A stretch of 63,911 nt of DNA, counting the filler, from Octopus bimaculoides (lineage: Eukaryota), in the NCBI RefSeq assembly GCF_001194135.2. It is 6 parts of 6 records of this genome, joined end to end, with 100 filler letters (N's around TTAATTAATTAA, not from the genome) between each part and the next. Parts side by side here need not be neighbours in the genome. Positions count along the whole stretch, not along the records: positions 37,992 to 56,401 come from NC_069005.1; 5 more parts are not named here. One strand, given 5' to 3'. Within the stretch, counting starts at the first letter, position 1. Each line of letters opens with the position of its first letter. The notes under the pieces are model-generated. The model searched no databases. It saw only the letters and a list, made by a program, of their open reading frames with translations, and was not told the origin of the DNA. Below, piece by piece: positions 40,533 through 53,860 of this stretch. The position numbers were made by a program, and so were the translations under genes.

Positions 40533-41479
40533 GATGCAAGACATCTTTAAATACATTGAAAGGTTGTCAAAAAATCATTGAAAAGTGAACTAGTTAATTC
40601 TGTTTGAAAGAAGAAATGGACATCGCCATACTGATGTCATTTCTCATTATGTCAAATACCGTCAAAAGCATGCAATTTCAAAAATGCATGTACCTTCTTC
40701 TCTTTGCTGTCCTCTCTCTACACTCCGTCATTTGTTAGTAGCTTAACAATTGACTGACCTACAAGTCATGGTTGACTGCCTCCATGTGACGACCAATTGA
40801 CCATGAGTGGAATGCACAAAAACACACTAAAACTAATGACTGGAGTAATTTAGCGCCTCTCACAAGAACCGTTTGTCATCACATCAATTTTGTCAGACTG
40901 CAATAACACAAGAATTTCGTAGATTGAGAAAAACGATTTATATGATAAACACAAAGATCTATTTCCTGTTTGAATTTTAAAAATCCAAAAAAAATCCAAC
41001 AGTGTTACATTGTCTTTTATATTTTTTTTTATCATTAACTAATTAAGCTTCATTGATTTACTAAGATCATCTGTTTTTTTTTCAAGTTTACTTTCAATTC
41101 ATAAAAAAAACACATACACACAGAGGCATGTTTGTTTCATCAAATATCTTTGAACTTTTGAAATATTAGTCCAAATGACTGAGATGCATTTCACAGAACT
41201 TTTGAAAACGAGCTTTTCAAAAGAGGACTTTAAAGAGAACCAATTAATTATAGACGATGGTAGGAAAATACCGAAATTACCTAATTTGTGAAGTTCTAAC
41301 AAGAAATAAGGCAATTTCAGATTTATTTATAGGAAAAAAACCCCAGAAAAGTGAGTAGCTAGAAATGCCAAGTGAAATAAATTATTTTGCTGGCCACGCT
41401 TGTTATTTAGTTAAGGAAAAAAACTGTTTGGAGTGATAAAGGTTGCAATGTTTTAAATAATCAACATATTGGTTACAAA

Positions 41480-41695
41480 TGTTGGCACAAGGCCAGGAAG
41501 TTTGAGGGGAGGAGGGTAATTGAATTACATCGACCCCATGTTCAACTGGTACTTATTTTATTGATCCCAAAAGGATGAAAGGCAAAGTTAACCTCGGCAG
41601 CATTTGAACTCAGAATATAAAGACGGGCAAAATGCTTGTTACGCATTTGTGCCGGCATGCTAATGATTTTGCCAGCTCACCACCTTACATAATCT
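41480..41695 (-). mobile_element. SINE family C
   Basis: Reverse-complement match. Confidence 0.85.
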
Positions 41696-42049
41696 ACATA
41701 CTGAATTCAAATTTTGGCACAAGTCCAGNNNNNNNNNNNNNNNNNNNNNNNNNNNNNNNNNNNNNNNNNNNNNNNNNNNNNNNNNNNNNNNNNNNNNNNN
41801 NNNNNNNNNNNNNNNNNNNNNNNNNNNNNNNNNNNNNNNNNNNNNNNNNNNNNNNNNNNNNNNNNNNNNNNNNNNNNNNNNNNNNNNNNNNNNNNNNNNN
41901 NNNNNNNNNNNNNNNNNNNNNNNNNNNNNNNNNNNNNNNNNNNNNNNNNNNNNNNNNNNNNNNNNNNNNNNNNNNNNNNNNNNNNNNNNNNNNNNNNNNN
42001 NNNNNNNNNNNNNNNNNNNNNNNNNNNNNNNNNNNNNNNTATATATATA

Positions 42050-42212
42050 TGATGGGCTCCTTTTAGTTTCCGTCTACCAAATCCACTCACAAGGCTTTTG
42101 TCGGCCCGAGGCTATAGTAGAAGACACTTGCCCAAGGTGCCACGCAGTGGGACTGAACCTGGTACCATGTGGTTTGTAAGCAAGCTACTTACCACACAGC
42201 CACTCCTGCGCC
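42050..42212 (-). mobile_element. SINE family A, 5' half
   Basis: Reverse-complement match to the 17236 copy. Confidence 0.9.
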
Positions 42213-42244
42213 TGTTAACAGTTCTGCCATCTCACTGCCTTAAA

Positions 42245-43040
42245 TAATCTACATATTGTCATGCTAAAACATGAACATTCTCAAAGACGAATAAAATCCT
42301 TGATAGATCTTAAAAGATTTGGGAATATTCACGTAGATTTACAATTAAATGCGTATAAAAGACAGAACATACGACAGCATAATGAAGTTAAACGAAACAG
42401 CTATTTTGCAACGATTGATTGATGCTGTAAATTTTTTTTAGGTAGCCAGAAAATATCATTTCAGGGTCCGAAGAATTCAATAATTGTAGGAATTATAAAG
42501 AACTCTTATATTTAATCAGTAAGTATTGTGAGAAATTGGAAAGCCATTTAGAATACAGATTCTATTTTCTTGGGTCACTCAAACAGAATTCAAAATGACT
42601 TGATCAATGCGATTCAAAAGGTTACGTTGAATGAAATAGAAAATGAACTTAAGCAGACTAAATCTGTAGCTACTCTTGTAGATGAAACATCTGATATATC
42701 AAACTATTCACGACTGTCAACTGTTTTACATTATGTTACAAAAGATCGTGGTTACCAAAGAACAATTTAACAGCTTTAACAATGTCAGTGCAGGCTTTTC
42801 ACTAAAATCTTTACTGAGCATGTTTTTAAATGCACTGAAACATGGAAGTGTGAAAACAAATTAATTGCACAAACCTACAATAGTGCCACTACAATGGCAG
42901 GACAATCGCATAGGTTGCAGTCAAAAGTAAGGGAGAAATATGAATTTGCGAACTTTATTCATTGTTGTACTCAATGCACTAAATTTAGTTCTTTCACAAG
43001 CATGTTCTGCTATAAAAGAATGCAAGATATTATTTTTTTT
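42245..43040 (+). mobile_element. Decayed hAT transposase fragment (DUF4371 region)
   Basis: RLIDAVNFLGSQKISF, SNRIQNDLINAI, TLVDETSDISNYSRLSTVLHYV and MAGQSHRLQSKVREKYEFANFIHC. Bounded by SINE copies on both sides. Confidence 0.85.
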
Positions 43041-43046
43041 CTACAG

Positions 43047-43200
43047 CTTGCTTACCAATCACATGGTTCTGGGTTCAATCCCACTGCGTGACACCTTGGG
43101 CAAGTGTCTTCTATTATAGCTTCGGGCTGATCAAAGCCTTGTGAGTGGATTTGGTAGACGGAAACTGAAAGAAGCCTGTTGTATATATGTATATATATAT
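43047..43200 (+). mobile_element. SINE family A, 5' half
   Basis: Match to the 17236 copy; foldback element follows in its TA tract. Confidence 0.85.
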
Positions 43201-43352
43201 AACAAAAAAATGGACTATATACCTATTGTAACTTGGTTATCTATAGTCCGGAGACTCCAGCAAATAAGATCTGAAAAAGGAATTCTAATTCCGAAATATC
43301 ATCGGACTATAGATAACCAAATTACAACAGGTATATAGTCCATTTTTTTGTT
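43201..43352. mobile_element. Foldback MITE-like element with 50-bp TIRs
   Basis: 43201-43250 and 43303-43352 are reverse complements with 2 mismatches. 52-nt spacer; TA-rich flanks. Confidence 0.75.
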
Positions 43353-43452
43353 CTATAGTACATTGTTATACCTTTCTAAACTTTTTATTCTTTACAAACA
43401 ATACACAATGCTTCAAGTGAACTACAATACTCTCGTATATATATATATATAT

Positions 43453-43775
43453 AGGCCGTTGCCAGTACCGCCTGACTGGCTCCCGTAGGATTTTCGAGTG
43501 AGATCGTTGCCAGTGCCCCTGGACTGGCTTGTGCGGGTGGCACATAAAAGACACCATTCCGAGCGTGGCCGTTTTTGTGCGGGTGACACGTAAAAGCACC
43601 CACTACACTCTCTGAGTGGTTGGCGTTAGGAAGGGCATCCAGCTGTAGAAACTCTGCCAAATTAGATTGGAGCCTGGTGTTGCCATCCGGTTTCACCAGT
43701 CCTCAGTCAAATCGTCCAACCCATGCTAGCATGGAAAGCGGACGTTAAACGACGATGATGATGATGATTATGATG
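43453..43775 (+). mobile_element. RTE-like LINE 3' tail (family D) ending in (GAT)n
   Basis: ggcgttaggaagggcatccagc...ccaacccatgctagcatggaaagcggacgttaaacga(gat)n. Same tail occurs at 48373 and 49030. Confidence 0.65.
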
Positions 43776-44379
43776 ATATATATATGTATGTGTGTNNNNN
43801 NNNNNNNNNNNNNNNNNNNNNNNNNNNNNNNNNNNNNNNNNNNNNNNNNNNNNNNNNNNNNNNNNNNNNNNNNNNNNNNNNNNNNNNNNNNNNNNNNNGG
43901 GGGTCGATTTGCTCGACTAAAGGTGGTGCTCCAGCAAGGCCGCAGTCAATTGACTGAAACAAGTAAAAGAGTAATAAATGAACTGGGTGTATTTTATTTA
44001 TTTTTTTTAAAACTTGGTACCTATTCTATTGGTATCTTCTGCTGAATTGCTGAGTTATGGCGGGGGGGGGGCATCAACCCAACAACACCAGTTGCCAAGT
44101 GGCATTGAGGAACAGACACATACATGCGCACACATGCACACACAACACACACGTTTATGGAGTAGGCAGAGCAGGAGGATACACGTGAAAGGGAAAGGGT
44201 CATTGAAGATGTCACAGATGTGTGACAAAAGATTTCCGGACAATGGACATATGATAAAATAAGAACAATTATAAACAAGCGAAGGACAAAATATATACTG
44301 CATGTGTTCATTTGGCAAAAATAAAACTAAAAATTGACCATTCCAAAATATAACAATATATACATACATGTATATATAC

Positions 44380-44454
<75 letters not shown>

Positions 44455-44456
<2 letters not shown>

Positions 44457-45000
44457 CGACATGCTTCTTTCAGTTTCTGTCAATCAAATCCACTCACAAG
44501 GCTTTGGTTGGCCCAAGGCTATAGTAAAAAAAACTGTTGCCCAAGGTGCCATACAGTGGGACTGAACCAGGAACCATGTGGTTGAGAAGCAAGCTTCTTA
44601 CCATATGGCCATGCCTGTGCCTCAGATATTATATACTCTTTTACTGTTTTGTTTCAGTTGTTTCACTGCGACCATGCTGGAGCACCGCCTTAGGCTTTGT
44701 AAGCCTAGTACTTATTCTATTGTTTTCTTTTGCTGAACTGCTAAGTTTACGGGGATGTAAACGCACCAACATCGGTTGTCAAGTGATGTTGGGGGGACAA
44801 ACACAGAAACAGAAACACACATACACACACACACACATACACACACACACATACACACGATAGGCTTCTTGCAGTTTCCGTCTACCAAATTCACTTACAA
44901 GGCTTCGATTGGATGAGGCTGTAGTAGAAAACACTTGCTCAAGGTGCCATGCAGTGGGACTGAACTTGGAACCATGTGGTTGGTAAGCAAGCATGGCCAC
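44455..45000 (-). mobile_element. Two adjacent SINE family A copies (about 44455-44620 and 44640-45000)
   Basis: Reverse-complement matches to family A head and body. Confidence 0.85.
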
Positions 45001-45504
45001 AATCTTATGACTGAAACAAGTAAAAGAAAAGATAAAAGATATATATATATATATATATGTGTATATATATATATATGTGTATCTATATANNNNNNNNNNN
45101 NNNNNNNNNNNNNNNNNNNNNNNNNNNNNNNNNNNNNNNNNNNNNNNNNNNNNNNNNNNNNNNNNNNNNNNNNNNNNNNNNNNNNNNNNNNNNNNNNNNN
45201 NNNNNNNNNNNNNNNNNNNNNNNNNNNNNNNNNNNNNNNNNNNNNNNNNNNNNNNNNNNNNNNNNNNNNNNNNNNNNNNNNNNNNNNNNNNNNNNNNNNN
45301 NNNNNNNNNNNNNNNNNNNNNNNNNNNNNNNNNNNNNNNNNNNNNNNNNNNNNNNNNNNNNNNNNNNNNNNNNNNNNNNNNNNNNNNNNNNNNNNNNNNN
45401 NNNNNNNNNNNNNNNNNNNNNNNNNNNNNNNNNNNNNNNNNNNNNNNNNNNNNNNNNNNNNNNNNNNNNNNNATATATATATATATATATATATAGATAT
45501 ATAT

Positions 45505-45740
45505 ATATGAATACAAAATGGGACAAGAACGCAAAACATACAGACAGTTAGGTGATACAAAAAAGGGACAACAAAACATCCAGATAGACGATACAAAGAA
45601 AACAAGGACAGGTCATTCGGAGTTTTCTTTCCTCAGTCAAGTTCCAGATTATCTTTGCAATTTCGGCTGGTTATACTCGAGATTGCTCCAATCTGGCCAG
45701 CACCAAGGAAAAACTAAGCTAAGATCATTAGATTCCTTAT
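45505..45740. repeat. Unclassified interspersed repeat
   Basis: Non-coding island between TA microsatellites with an internal duplication (caaaacat(a/c)caga). Family not assigned. Confidence 0.3.
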
Positions 45741-47605
45741 ATATACATATATATGCATGTATGTATGTATGTATGTATGTATGTATGTAGCTACATGTAT
45801 TTCTATATCTATGTAACTGCTATTATTTATCTACATATGTATACTCACACACACAGACATTTATACACACATACACTGACACAAAGACATATATACACAC
45901 ACACAAACACAAAACACGAACACAAAATCCACACACATTCACGCATGCACACACACACACACACATACATAAACGTAATAATATATAGTAAATATACCGA
46001 GATCCGAGATCCGGAAGATGTCAAGAGGCTACAGGCACTGCCCTTCCTTCCTTCCTCCCTCTAACTAAGCAGCAGACAACAAGGAAATAGAGCAAGGCTG
46101 AAGCAGGCCAGGGTAAGAGGATGGGAAGGAGGAGGAGGGAAGGGGGCGAAAATACATGCAACATGTTTATTTGGTCAGCAGGCTGGCCTGCTGGTCAGTT
46201 GGAGGGAAGCTGAAAACAAGCTGAGAGAGAGAGGGAGGGAGGGAGGCAGTGATGGAAGAGAGAGGAGGCGAAGGAGGAGGAGACTATTGTGGATGGAGTG
46301 AAGGCTGTGAGGAAGAAGTGGTATGGATGGTATGGTGTAAGAATGGCCAACAGCATCGTCAGTGGAACAGGTCTGCTGCTGTCAGTCTTAGACTAACTAA
46401 ATGCTGATTTAGTCTATATTTGTCTTGGATGCTCTTACCTCATCTGACATCAATAGAAACCTCAGTTGTGGAACAGTGAATAAGTGATAGAGAGAAAAGA
46501 GGAGTGAGAGGATGTGAATGTGGAGGAGGAGGAGGAATAGATAGAGGGAGCTGCTGAAAGTGAGGGGTNNNNNNNNNNNNNNNNNNNNNNNNNNNNNNNN
46601 NNNNNNNNNNNNNNNNNNNNNNNNNNNNNNNNNNNNNNNNNNNNNNNNNNNNNNNNNNNNNNNNNNNNNNNNNNNNNNNNNNNNNNNNNNNNNNNNNNNN
46701 NNNNNNNNNNNNNNNNNNNNNNNNNNNNNNNNNNNNNNNNNNNNNNNNNNNNNNNNNNNNNNNNNNNNNNNNNNNNNNNNNNNNNNNNNNNNNNNNNNNN
46801 NNNNNNNNNNNNNNNNNNNNNNNNNNNNNNNNNNNNNNNNNNNNNNNNNNNNNNNNNNNNNNNNNNNNNNNNNNNNNNNNNNNNNNNNNNNNNNNNNNNN
46901 NNNNNNNNNNNNNNNNNNNNNNNNNNNNNNNNNNNNNNNNNNNNNNNNNNNNNNNNNNNNNNNNNNNNNNNNNNNNNNNNNNNNNNNNNNNNNNNNNNNN
47001 NNNNNNNNNNNNNNNNNNNNNNNNNNNNNNNNNNNNNNNNNNNNNNNNNNNNNNNNNNNNNNNNNNNNNNNNNNNNNNNNNNNNNNNNNNNNNNNNNNNN
47101 NNNNNNNNNNNNNNNNNNNNNNNNNNNNNNNNNNNNNNNNNNNNNNNNNNNNNNNNNNNNNNNNNNNNNNNNNNNNNNNNNNNNNNNNNNNNNNNNNNNN
47201 NNNNNNNNNNNNNNNNNNNNNNNNNNNNNNNNNNNNNNNNNNNNNNNNNNNNNNNNNNNNNNNNNNNNNNNNNNNNNNNNNNNNNNNNNNNNNNNNNNNN
47301 NNNNNNNNNNNNNNNNNNNNNNNNNNNNNNNNNNNNNNNNNNNNNNNNNNNNNNNNNNNNNNNNNNNNNNNNNNNNNNNNNNNNNNNNNNNNNNNNNNNN
47401 NNNNNNNNNNNNNNNNNNNNNNNNNNNNNNNNNNNNNNNNNNNNNNNNNNNNNNNNNNNNNNNNNNNNNNNNNNNNNNNNNNNNNNNNNNNNNNNNNNNN
47501 NNNNNNNNNNNNNNNNNNNNNNNNAGAGATAGAGAGAGGAGAGAGAGAGATATATACAGAGATATATATATATACAGAGAGAGATATATATAGAGAGAGA
47601 TGTAT

Positions 47606-47693
<88 letters not shown>

Positions 47694-48372
47694 AAGGACA
47701 GAAGAGGAGATGGGAGAAATGAGGGTAAGGAAGAGATGAAAAGATTTAGAAAAAAAATGAGAATTGAAAGAGGTGGAGGGGTAGAAAGTGATAAGGGGGG
47801 ATAGGAGGAGTAGTGAGAGTGGAGAGGAAGACTGAGCAAGAACGAATAGGAGAGAGAGAGAGAGAGAGAAAAACAGAGAGAGAGAGAAAGAGAGAGAGAG
47901 ATAGAGAGAATTCATAAGAATGGTCTCAATTATTCACAGAAGTCTCTCACAAATTTTATGAAAGTTGTGTAGTGCAAAACTTCCATCTTTTCCTCTCATA
48001 AAGGGACCTCCATTATGAGGCAATGGGCACTGTCTTATCTCCTCAGAGTTAAATGGTGATAAGAAAGTAAAAAAAAAAAAAAAGCCCCATCAACCCCACC
48101 CCCCCGATATTTCTCTGCTATTTATTTCCTTCATGAAGGTAAGGATTTCTGCTTTGGATAGAATATGTGGTGCCATCTGTTCTGGTGCCCTGTGCTCTCT
48201 GTGTTCACATCTCACTGAAGTCAAGTTTGTCTATTATTCCTTTGGGGGAGAAATAAATTAAACTNNNNNNNNNNTATGTGGTGCCATCTGTTCTGGTGCC
48301 CTGTGCTCTCTGTGTTCACATCTCACTGAAGTCAAGTTTGTCTATTATTCCTTTGGGGGAGAAATAAATTAA

Positions 48373-48478
48373 ACTCTGCCAAATCAGATTGGAGCCTAGT
48401 GCAGCCATCTGGTTTCACCAGTCCTCAGTCAAATCGTCCAACCCATGCTAGCATGGAAAGCGGACGTTAAACGACGAC

Positions 48479-48510
<32 letters not shown>
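48373..48510 (+). mobile_element. Family D (RTE-like) 3' tail
   Basis: Near-identical to 43650-43765, with a (GAT)n tail. Confidence 0.65.
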
Positions 48511-48695
48511 CTGCCACCACGAGATCCAGTCTTTGATGTGGTGTGGGTGGTTTGTGTGCCTCAGTGATCCTGAGAGTTACGCCAACAGAGCGCAGGCTTC
48601 CCATGTGTTTGGGAAGCAAGCTCCTTACCACACAGTCATGCCCAAGCCTATTTTAATAATTATTTTTATACAATTTCTAAAAATATTTAATTATA

Positions 48696-49005
48696 GGCAC
48701 AAGAATGGCTGTATGGTAAGTAGCTTGCTTACAAACCACATGGTTCTGGGTTCCATCCCACTGCATGGCACCTTGGGCAAGTGTCTTCTACTATAGCCTC
48801 GGGCTGACCAAAGCCTTGTGAGTGGATTTGGTAGAAGGAAACTGAAAGAAGCCCGTCGTATATATGTATGTGTGTGTGTGTGTGTGTCTGTATTTGCCCT
48901 TCCCCAACATCGCTTGACATGCGATGCTGGTGTGTTTACGTCCACGTAACTTAGCAGTTCGGCAAAAAGAGACTGATAGAATAAGTACTAGGCTTACAAT
49001 GAATA
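48696..49005 (+). mobile_element. SINE family A, nearly full length
   Basis: Head, body, (TG)n and 3' half present. Confidence 0.9.
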
Positions 49006-49381
49006 GGTATTTAATTTTACTGACCCCCTGAAACTGTCCAACCCATGCCAGCATGGAAAGCGAACGTTAAATGAAGGAATGATGAGAAGCATAAAGATCC
49101 ATAACAATTCATCATAAAGAAAATTTCTTGTTCGACATTTTAATGATTCTGAAGACACATTTCTTATGATTACATCAATCCCAGTACATTACTGGTACTT
49201 TATGTTATTGAACTTGGACGGATGAAAAGCTAAACTGGTAGGCATGGCTGTGTGGTAAGAAGTTTGCTTCCCAACCACATGGTTGCGAATAGTTTTTGTG
49301 GAGAGAAACTGAAAGAAGCCCACTGTGTCTATCTGTCTGACTGTATACATATAGTTATAGATATAGATTGATAGATAGACA

Positions 49382-49420
<39 letters not shown>

Positions 49421-49421
<1 letters not shown>

Positions 49422-49960
49422 TGCAGTTACTCTTTTCAGATTACAAGTTCAGGCTGATACCTGTAATTATTGGGGCCCTGGGATATGTAACACACTGCCT
49501 AAATACCAATCTTGAGAAATTAGGCTTCTCAAAACCAGAGAGAAGAAAACTAATTCCAAGACTACAGATCCAATCCATCACTGGAACTGTAAAAATCTGT
49601 AAAACTTTCCAGAAGGTTATCATTTGAATATATATGAGCATGTCTAGATATGTAGCTATATGCATGAGAATACATACATAAAACAAAACATATACATACA
49701 TACAAACAAATATACATAGTGAATTTGTCTGTGTTAACTACATCACAAAGACGGAGCTTTGTATCTTTTTTGGAAACTGGTTCCCTCCTCAGTGGAAGAT
49801 TTCTGATAATTAAAGAATAGAAGAGACATACATACAAACATACATACATGCAAACAAAAATTGATGTTGAAATTCCAATGAAGGAGGCTTGGATCTAGGG
49901 TAGAAAGCAACTCTTTCTCTATTGACAAGAAATATTGAAATAAAACTGGACAATGACATA
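49421..49960 (+). mobile_element. 5'-truncated RLE-type non-LTR retrotransposon (R4/Dong-like): C-terminus plus 3'UTR
   Basis: RLIPVIIGALG.V...L...L..L......LQIQSITGT.KI.K.F C-terminal motif, then a UTR interleaved with (ATAC)n. Confidence 0.7.
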
Positions 49961-50022
49961 CACACATGCATGCATGCATGTGTGTATGTATGTATAAATG
50001 TATATGCATGCATGCATACATA

Positions 50023-50245
50023 CAGTAATCTCTCGCCATATTGCGGTTCACCTATCATGGTTTATTATTTAAGCTTATGTTGATTCCTCCGTGGTGTTGC
50101 TTTGCATTTATAATAAAATAGATATATACAAATTATGAAAATAATAAAAAAAAACATACAGTACAGTACTGTTTCTACTTTGCAGATTTTCACCTATCAT
50201 GGGGGGTTTTGGAACATAACACCCACAATAGTCGAAGGAGTACTG
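50023..50245. mobile_element. Tigger/pogo-type MITE
   Basis: Imperfect ~23-bp TIRs (cagtaatctctcgccatattgcgg vs reverse complement cagtactccttcgactattgtgg) with TA on both sides. Confidence 0.75.
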
Positions 50246-50281
50246 TATGTATATATAAATATATATATATGTATATATATT

Positions 50282-50350
<69 letters not shown>

Positions 50351-50626
50351 CCTTTATATATTTATATTTATATATTTGATCCTTTATATTGAACACTCAA
50401 TATTTCATCTACATTCAATACTTTATTTCATGGTGCCATCCATTTTTATTTTATTTTATTTTATATTATATATTGTATATTCCATATTCTATACCCCACA
50501 TTGGTTCTGCAGGAATATAAATAAAACATAAAAAACAGACAGTGTTGGAACTCTTTTAAACAAAATAATATATTCCTCTATACACAATCATACAAAAAAA
50601 CCACCCTTTTTGTATTTATTTTTACT

Positions 50627-50666
<40 letters not shown>

Positions 50667-50759
50667 GTTGGAATTTACAAAGAAAAAACAAAAAACGAAG
50701 ACAGGTGTGTAAACAACATACACATGCAAGTTCCAGTAACCTAGAATACTAGATACATA

Positions 50760-51540
50760 AAATTAATAATACGAAATTAAACCAGAAGATAAATAACACA
50801 GTTAACGAGGACACACTTAGGGATAATTTAGCTAGTAAGAGTTCTAAGAATGAGGAAGAAAATAGTCAAGCATGTTCCAATAATTACATTGAAATTAATA
50901 GTATAAGCAAATACAGGGATAATACTGTTGACAGTGAATACATTGATAATTTGAATGTTGATAATACTCATAATAGCAGCAATGAAACTTAACGAAAGCC
51001 AATTAGGGTGAAATTATAATAAAGGGAGAATGATAGAGGAAATTCTGAGATTGGAGGAAGAAAGAATCACAAAACAGTAAACAGAAAACTAAAGAAGAAT
51101 TGTAGCTACAGAGACAAAAGTGCATGTCCTCTATAAAACCAATGCATAATGTAATATACAAATGCATAGTGTGTACAAGAGGAGGTGTATATGTATATAT
51201 AGGAGCCTCCTTTGTGGATTTTTACAGAAATAGATATTACAACCATAGAGTGTGTTTTAATAGAATTGATAAGAGACATTCTGCCTGGGTAGTGTATCTC
51301 AGATGGAGACTGAAAGAAAATCGAATAAAAAATAGAATTACTTGGTCCATCATAAAAAAGATGTACATCCATATGATGATTTTTCTAAGAAATGACATCT
51401 GTAATCTGGGGAATCACTGTGTGTTTTGTTGAGTAAAGAGAGCTTAGTCAACAGATGCTCTAAGAGACTTATAAGATGTAACCACAGACTGATATACATA
51501 TTTTCAAAATATCATAGGGACAATTAATAATTAAGACTAT
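50760..51540 (+). mobile_element. Penelope-like element 3' fragment (GIY-YIG endonuclease)
   Basis: CPL..C..NVIYKC.V....YIG....F..RYYNH..F.......W.LK....ITWSIIKK pattern with stops. Confidence 0.75.
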
Positions 51541-51699
51541 CTCTAGTTAATCTCAGTTTAATTTTTCCTCCTATAGACATACACTGATTTCTCCCATGAC
51601 TAAATAAAGTATTATGTATTTGTTTTCAGGATTTTCCAAAATAGTTTGATGTTTAAATTGGATATATACATGCTGTCAGTATGTATGTATACAATTGTA

Positions 51700-51731
<32 letters not shown>

Positions 51732-52139
51732 NNNNNNNNNNNNNNNNNNNNNNNNNNNNNNNNNNNNNNNNNNNNNNNNNNNNNNNNNNNNNNNNNNNNN
51801 NNNNNNNNNNNNNNNNNNNNNNNNNNNNNNNNNNNNNNNNNNNNNNNNNNNNNNNNNNNNNNNNNNNNNNNNNNNNNNNNNNNNNNNNNNNNNNNNNNNN
51901 NNNNNNNNNNNNNNNNNNNNNNNNNNNNNNNNNNNNNNNNNNNNNNNNNNNNNNNNNNNNNNNNNNNNNNNNNNNNNNNNTATATATTTAGTTCTTTAGT
52001 TCTCTGTTTATATATATATATATATATGGCTAGGTGTATCTGTATGTATATGTGTGTATATATACTCTTTTACTTGTTTCAGTCATTTGACTGCAACCAT
52101 ATGTATATATATGTATATATATATATGTATGTATGTGTG

Positions 52140-52465
52140 TGTGTTTGTGTGTCTGTGTTTGTCTCCCCAACATCGCTTGACAACCGATGCTGGTGTGTTT
52201 ACGTCCCCGTAACTTAGCGGTTCGGCAAAAGAGACCGACAGAATAAGTACTAGGCTTACAAAGAATAAGTCCTGGGGTCGATTTGCTCAACTAAAGGTGG
52301 TGCTCCAGCATGGCCGCAGTCANNNNNNNNNNAGCGGTTCGGCAAAAGAGACCGACAGAATAAGTACTAGGCTTACAAAGAATAAGTCCTGGGGTCGATT
52401 TGCTCAACTAAAGGTGGTGCTCCAGCATGGCCGCAGTCAAATGACTGAAACAAGTAAAAGAGTAA
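52140..52465 (+). mobile_element. SINE family A, 3' half (duplicated across a small gap)
   Basis: Match to 17520-17720. Confidence 0.85.
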
Positions 52466-53629
52466 AAGAGAGTAAAGATTGTATCGGGTATGTCTTACAA
52501 TATGTGGTATTAGGTTTCTGGGTGTATATGTACCAATGTGTGTAGATATCAGTATATATGGGTGGACAAATGTGTGTATTGGTAATAAATCAACTTGGAA
52601 TTCAAAAAAGAACTGCCAGTGGACAGACAGAGAAGCAAGTGGCATCAAAAAGTGCAGAAGATAACTGGATGCTAGTGAAATCTGCTTAATGCTTAATGAC
52701 TAGTAACTCAAAACCAATTTAAGATATCAGAAACCAACCTCTATGCCTTTTCTCTGGCTTTGGTTTCATATTCTATCTCTCTCTCTAAATAATTAGATTA
52801 ACCCCCAATGCAAAACCAGTGATGTCTGTAACGATGTCTGTAATGTGGTTTGTATATATATAATTTATTGGCTGACGTATGTGTGTGCGTGTGTGTGTGT
52901 TTGTGTGTATATCTGGCGATATGTATGGCATATGTATATTTAAGTGTGCATGTAAATATATATATATATATACATATATATATGCATGTATATTAGGCGC
53001 AGGAGTGGCTGTGTGGATGTATAAACCTCCCTCAGTCNNNNNNNNNNCCATGAAAATCCACAGTCACATATAGAAAAAATTAATAAGTAAATGCACGATA
53101 AATAAGTATAATATAATACAAAGTAAAAATCATAAGATAATGATAATAATAATAATATTATTATATTATATTATACTTATTTATCGTGCATTTACTTATT
53201 AATTTTTCTATATGTGACTGTGGATTTTCATGGATGAGTTCATGAACTTTGGTTCTTTTCTCTAAAACTATATATATAAATATATATATATATATACATA
53301 TATATATGCATGTATATTAGGCGCAGGAGTGGCTGTGTGGATGTATAAACCTCCCTCAGTCAAGCTGTATAGTGCGAATACACTTGCTCATACAAGCATC
53401 TGCAAAATTGTTAACATATGCACATGTGAGGTTTGGTGCACTCATGATCACAAAGCGAGTTAGTTATTTACTTGGTGTTTGTAAGAACGGGGAGGTTAAA
53501 GGTAAACTTAAGTCATCCATACCTTAACGCAACTTAAATTAACGGTTACCCAAAATTCATTCCCACTGCATTGTGTGAAAGTACATTTATATGCATGTAG
53601 GCATCTTGAGAGATGTTCAGAAATTCTTA

Positions 53630-53860
53630 TTTCTTTACTGCCCACAAGGGGCTACACACAGAGGGGACAAACAAGGACAGACAAAGTGATTAAGTCGATT
53701 ATATTGACCCCAGTGTGTAACTGGTACTTATTTAATCGACCCCAAAAGGAAGAAAAGCAAAGTCGACCTCGGCAGAATTTGAACTCAGAACATAGCGGCA
53801 GACGAAATACCGCTAAGCATTTTGCCCGGCATGCTAACATTTCTGCCAGATCACTGCCTT
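53630..53860 (-). mobile_element. SINE family C (variant tail)
   Basis: Reverse-complement match; tail aggggacaaacaaggacagac resembles 33360-33400. Confidence 0.8.

Noticed and set aside
48023-48052. MGTVLSP resembling the N-terminus of CDK5 activator p35
   Set aside because: Stop after 9 codons and no further similarity.
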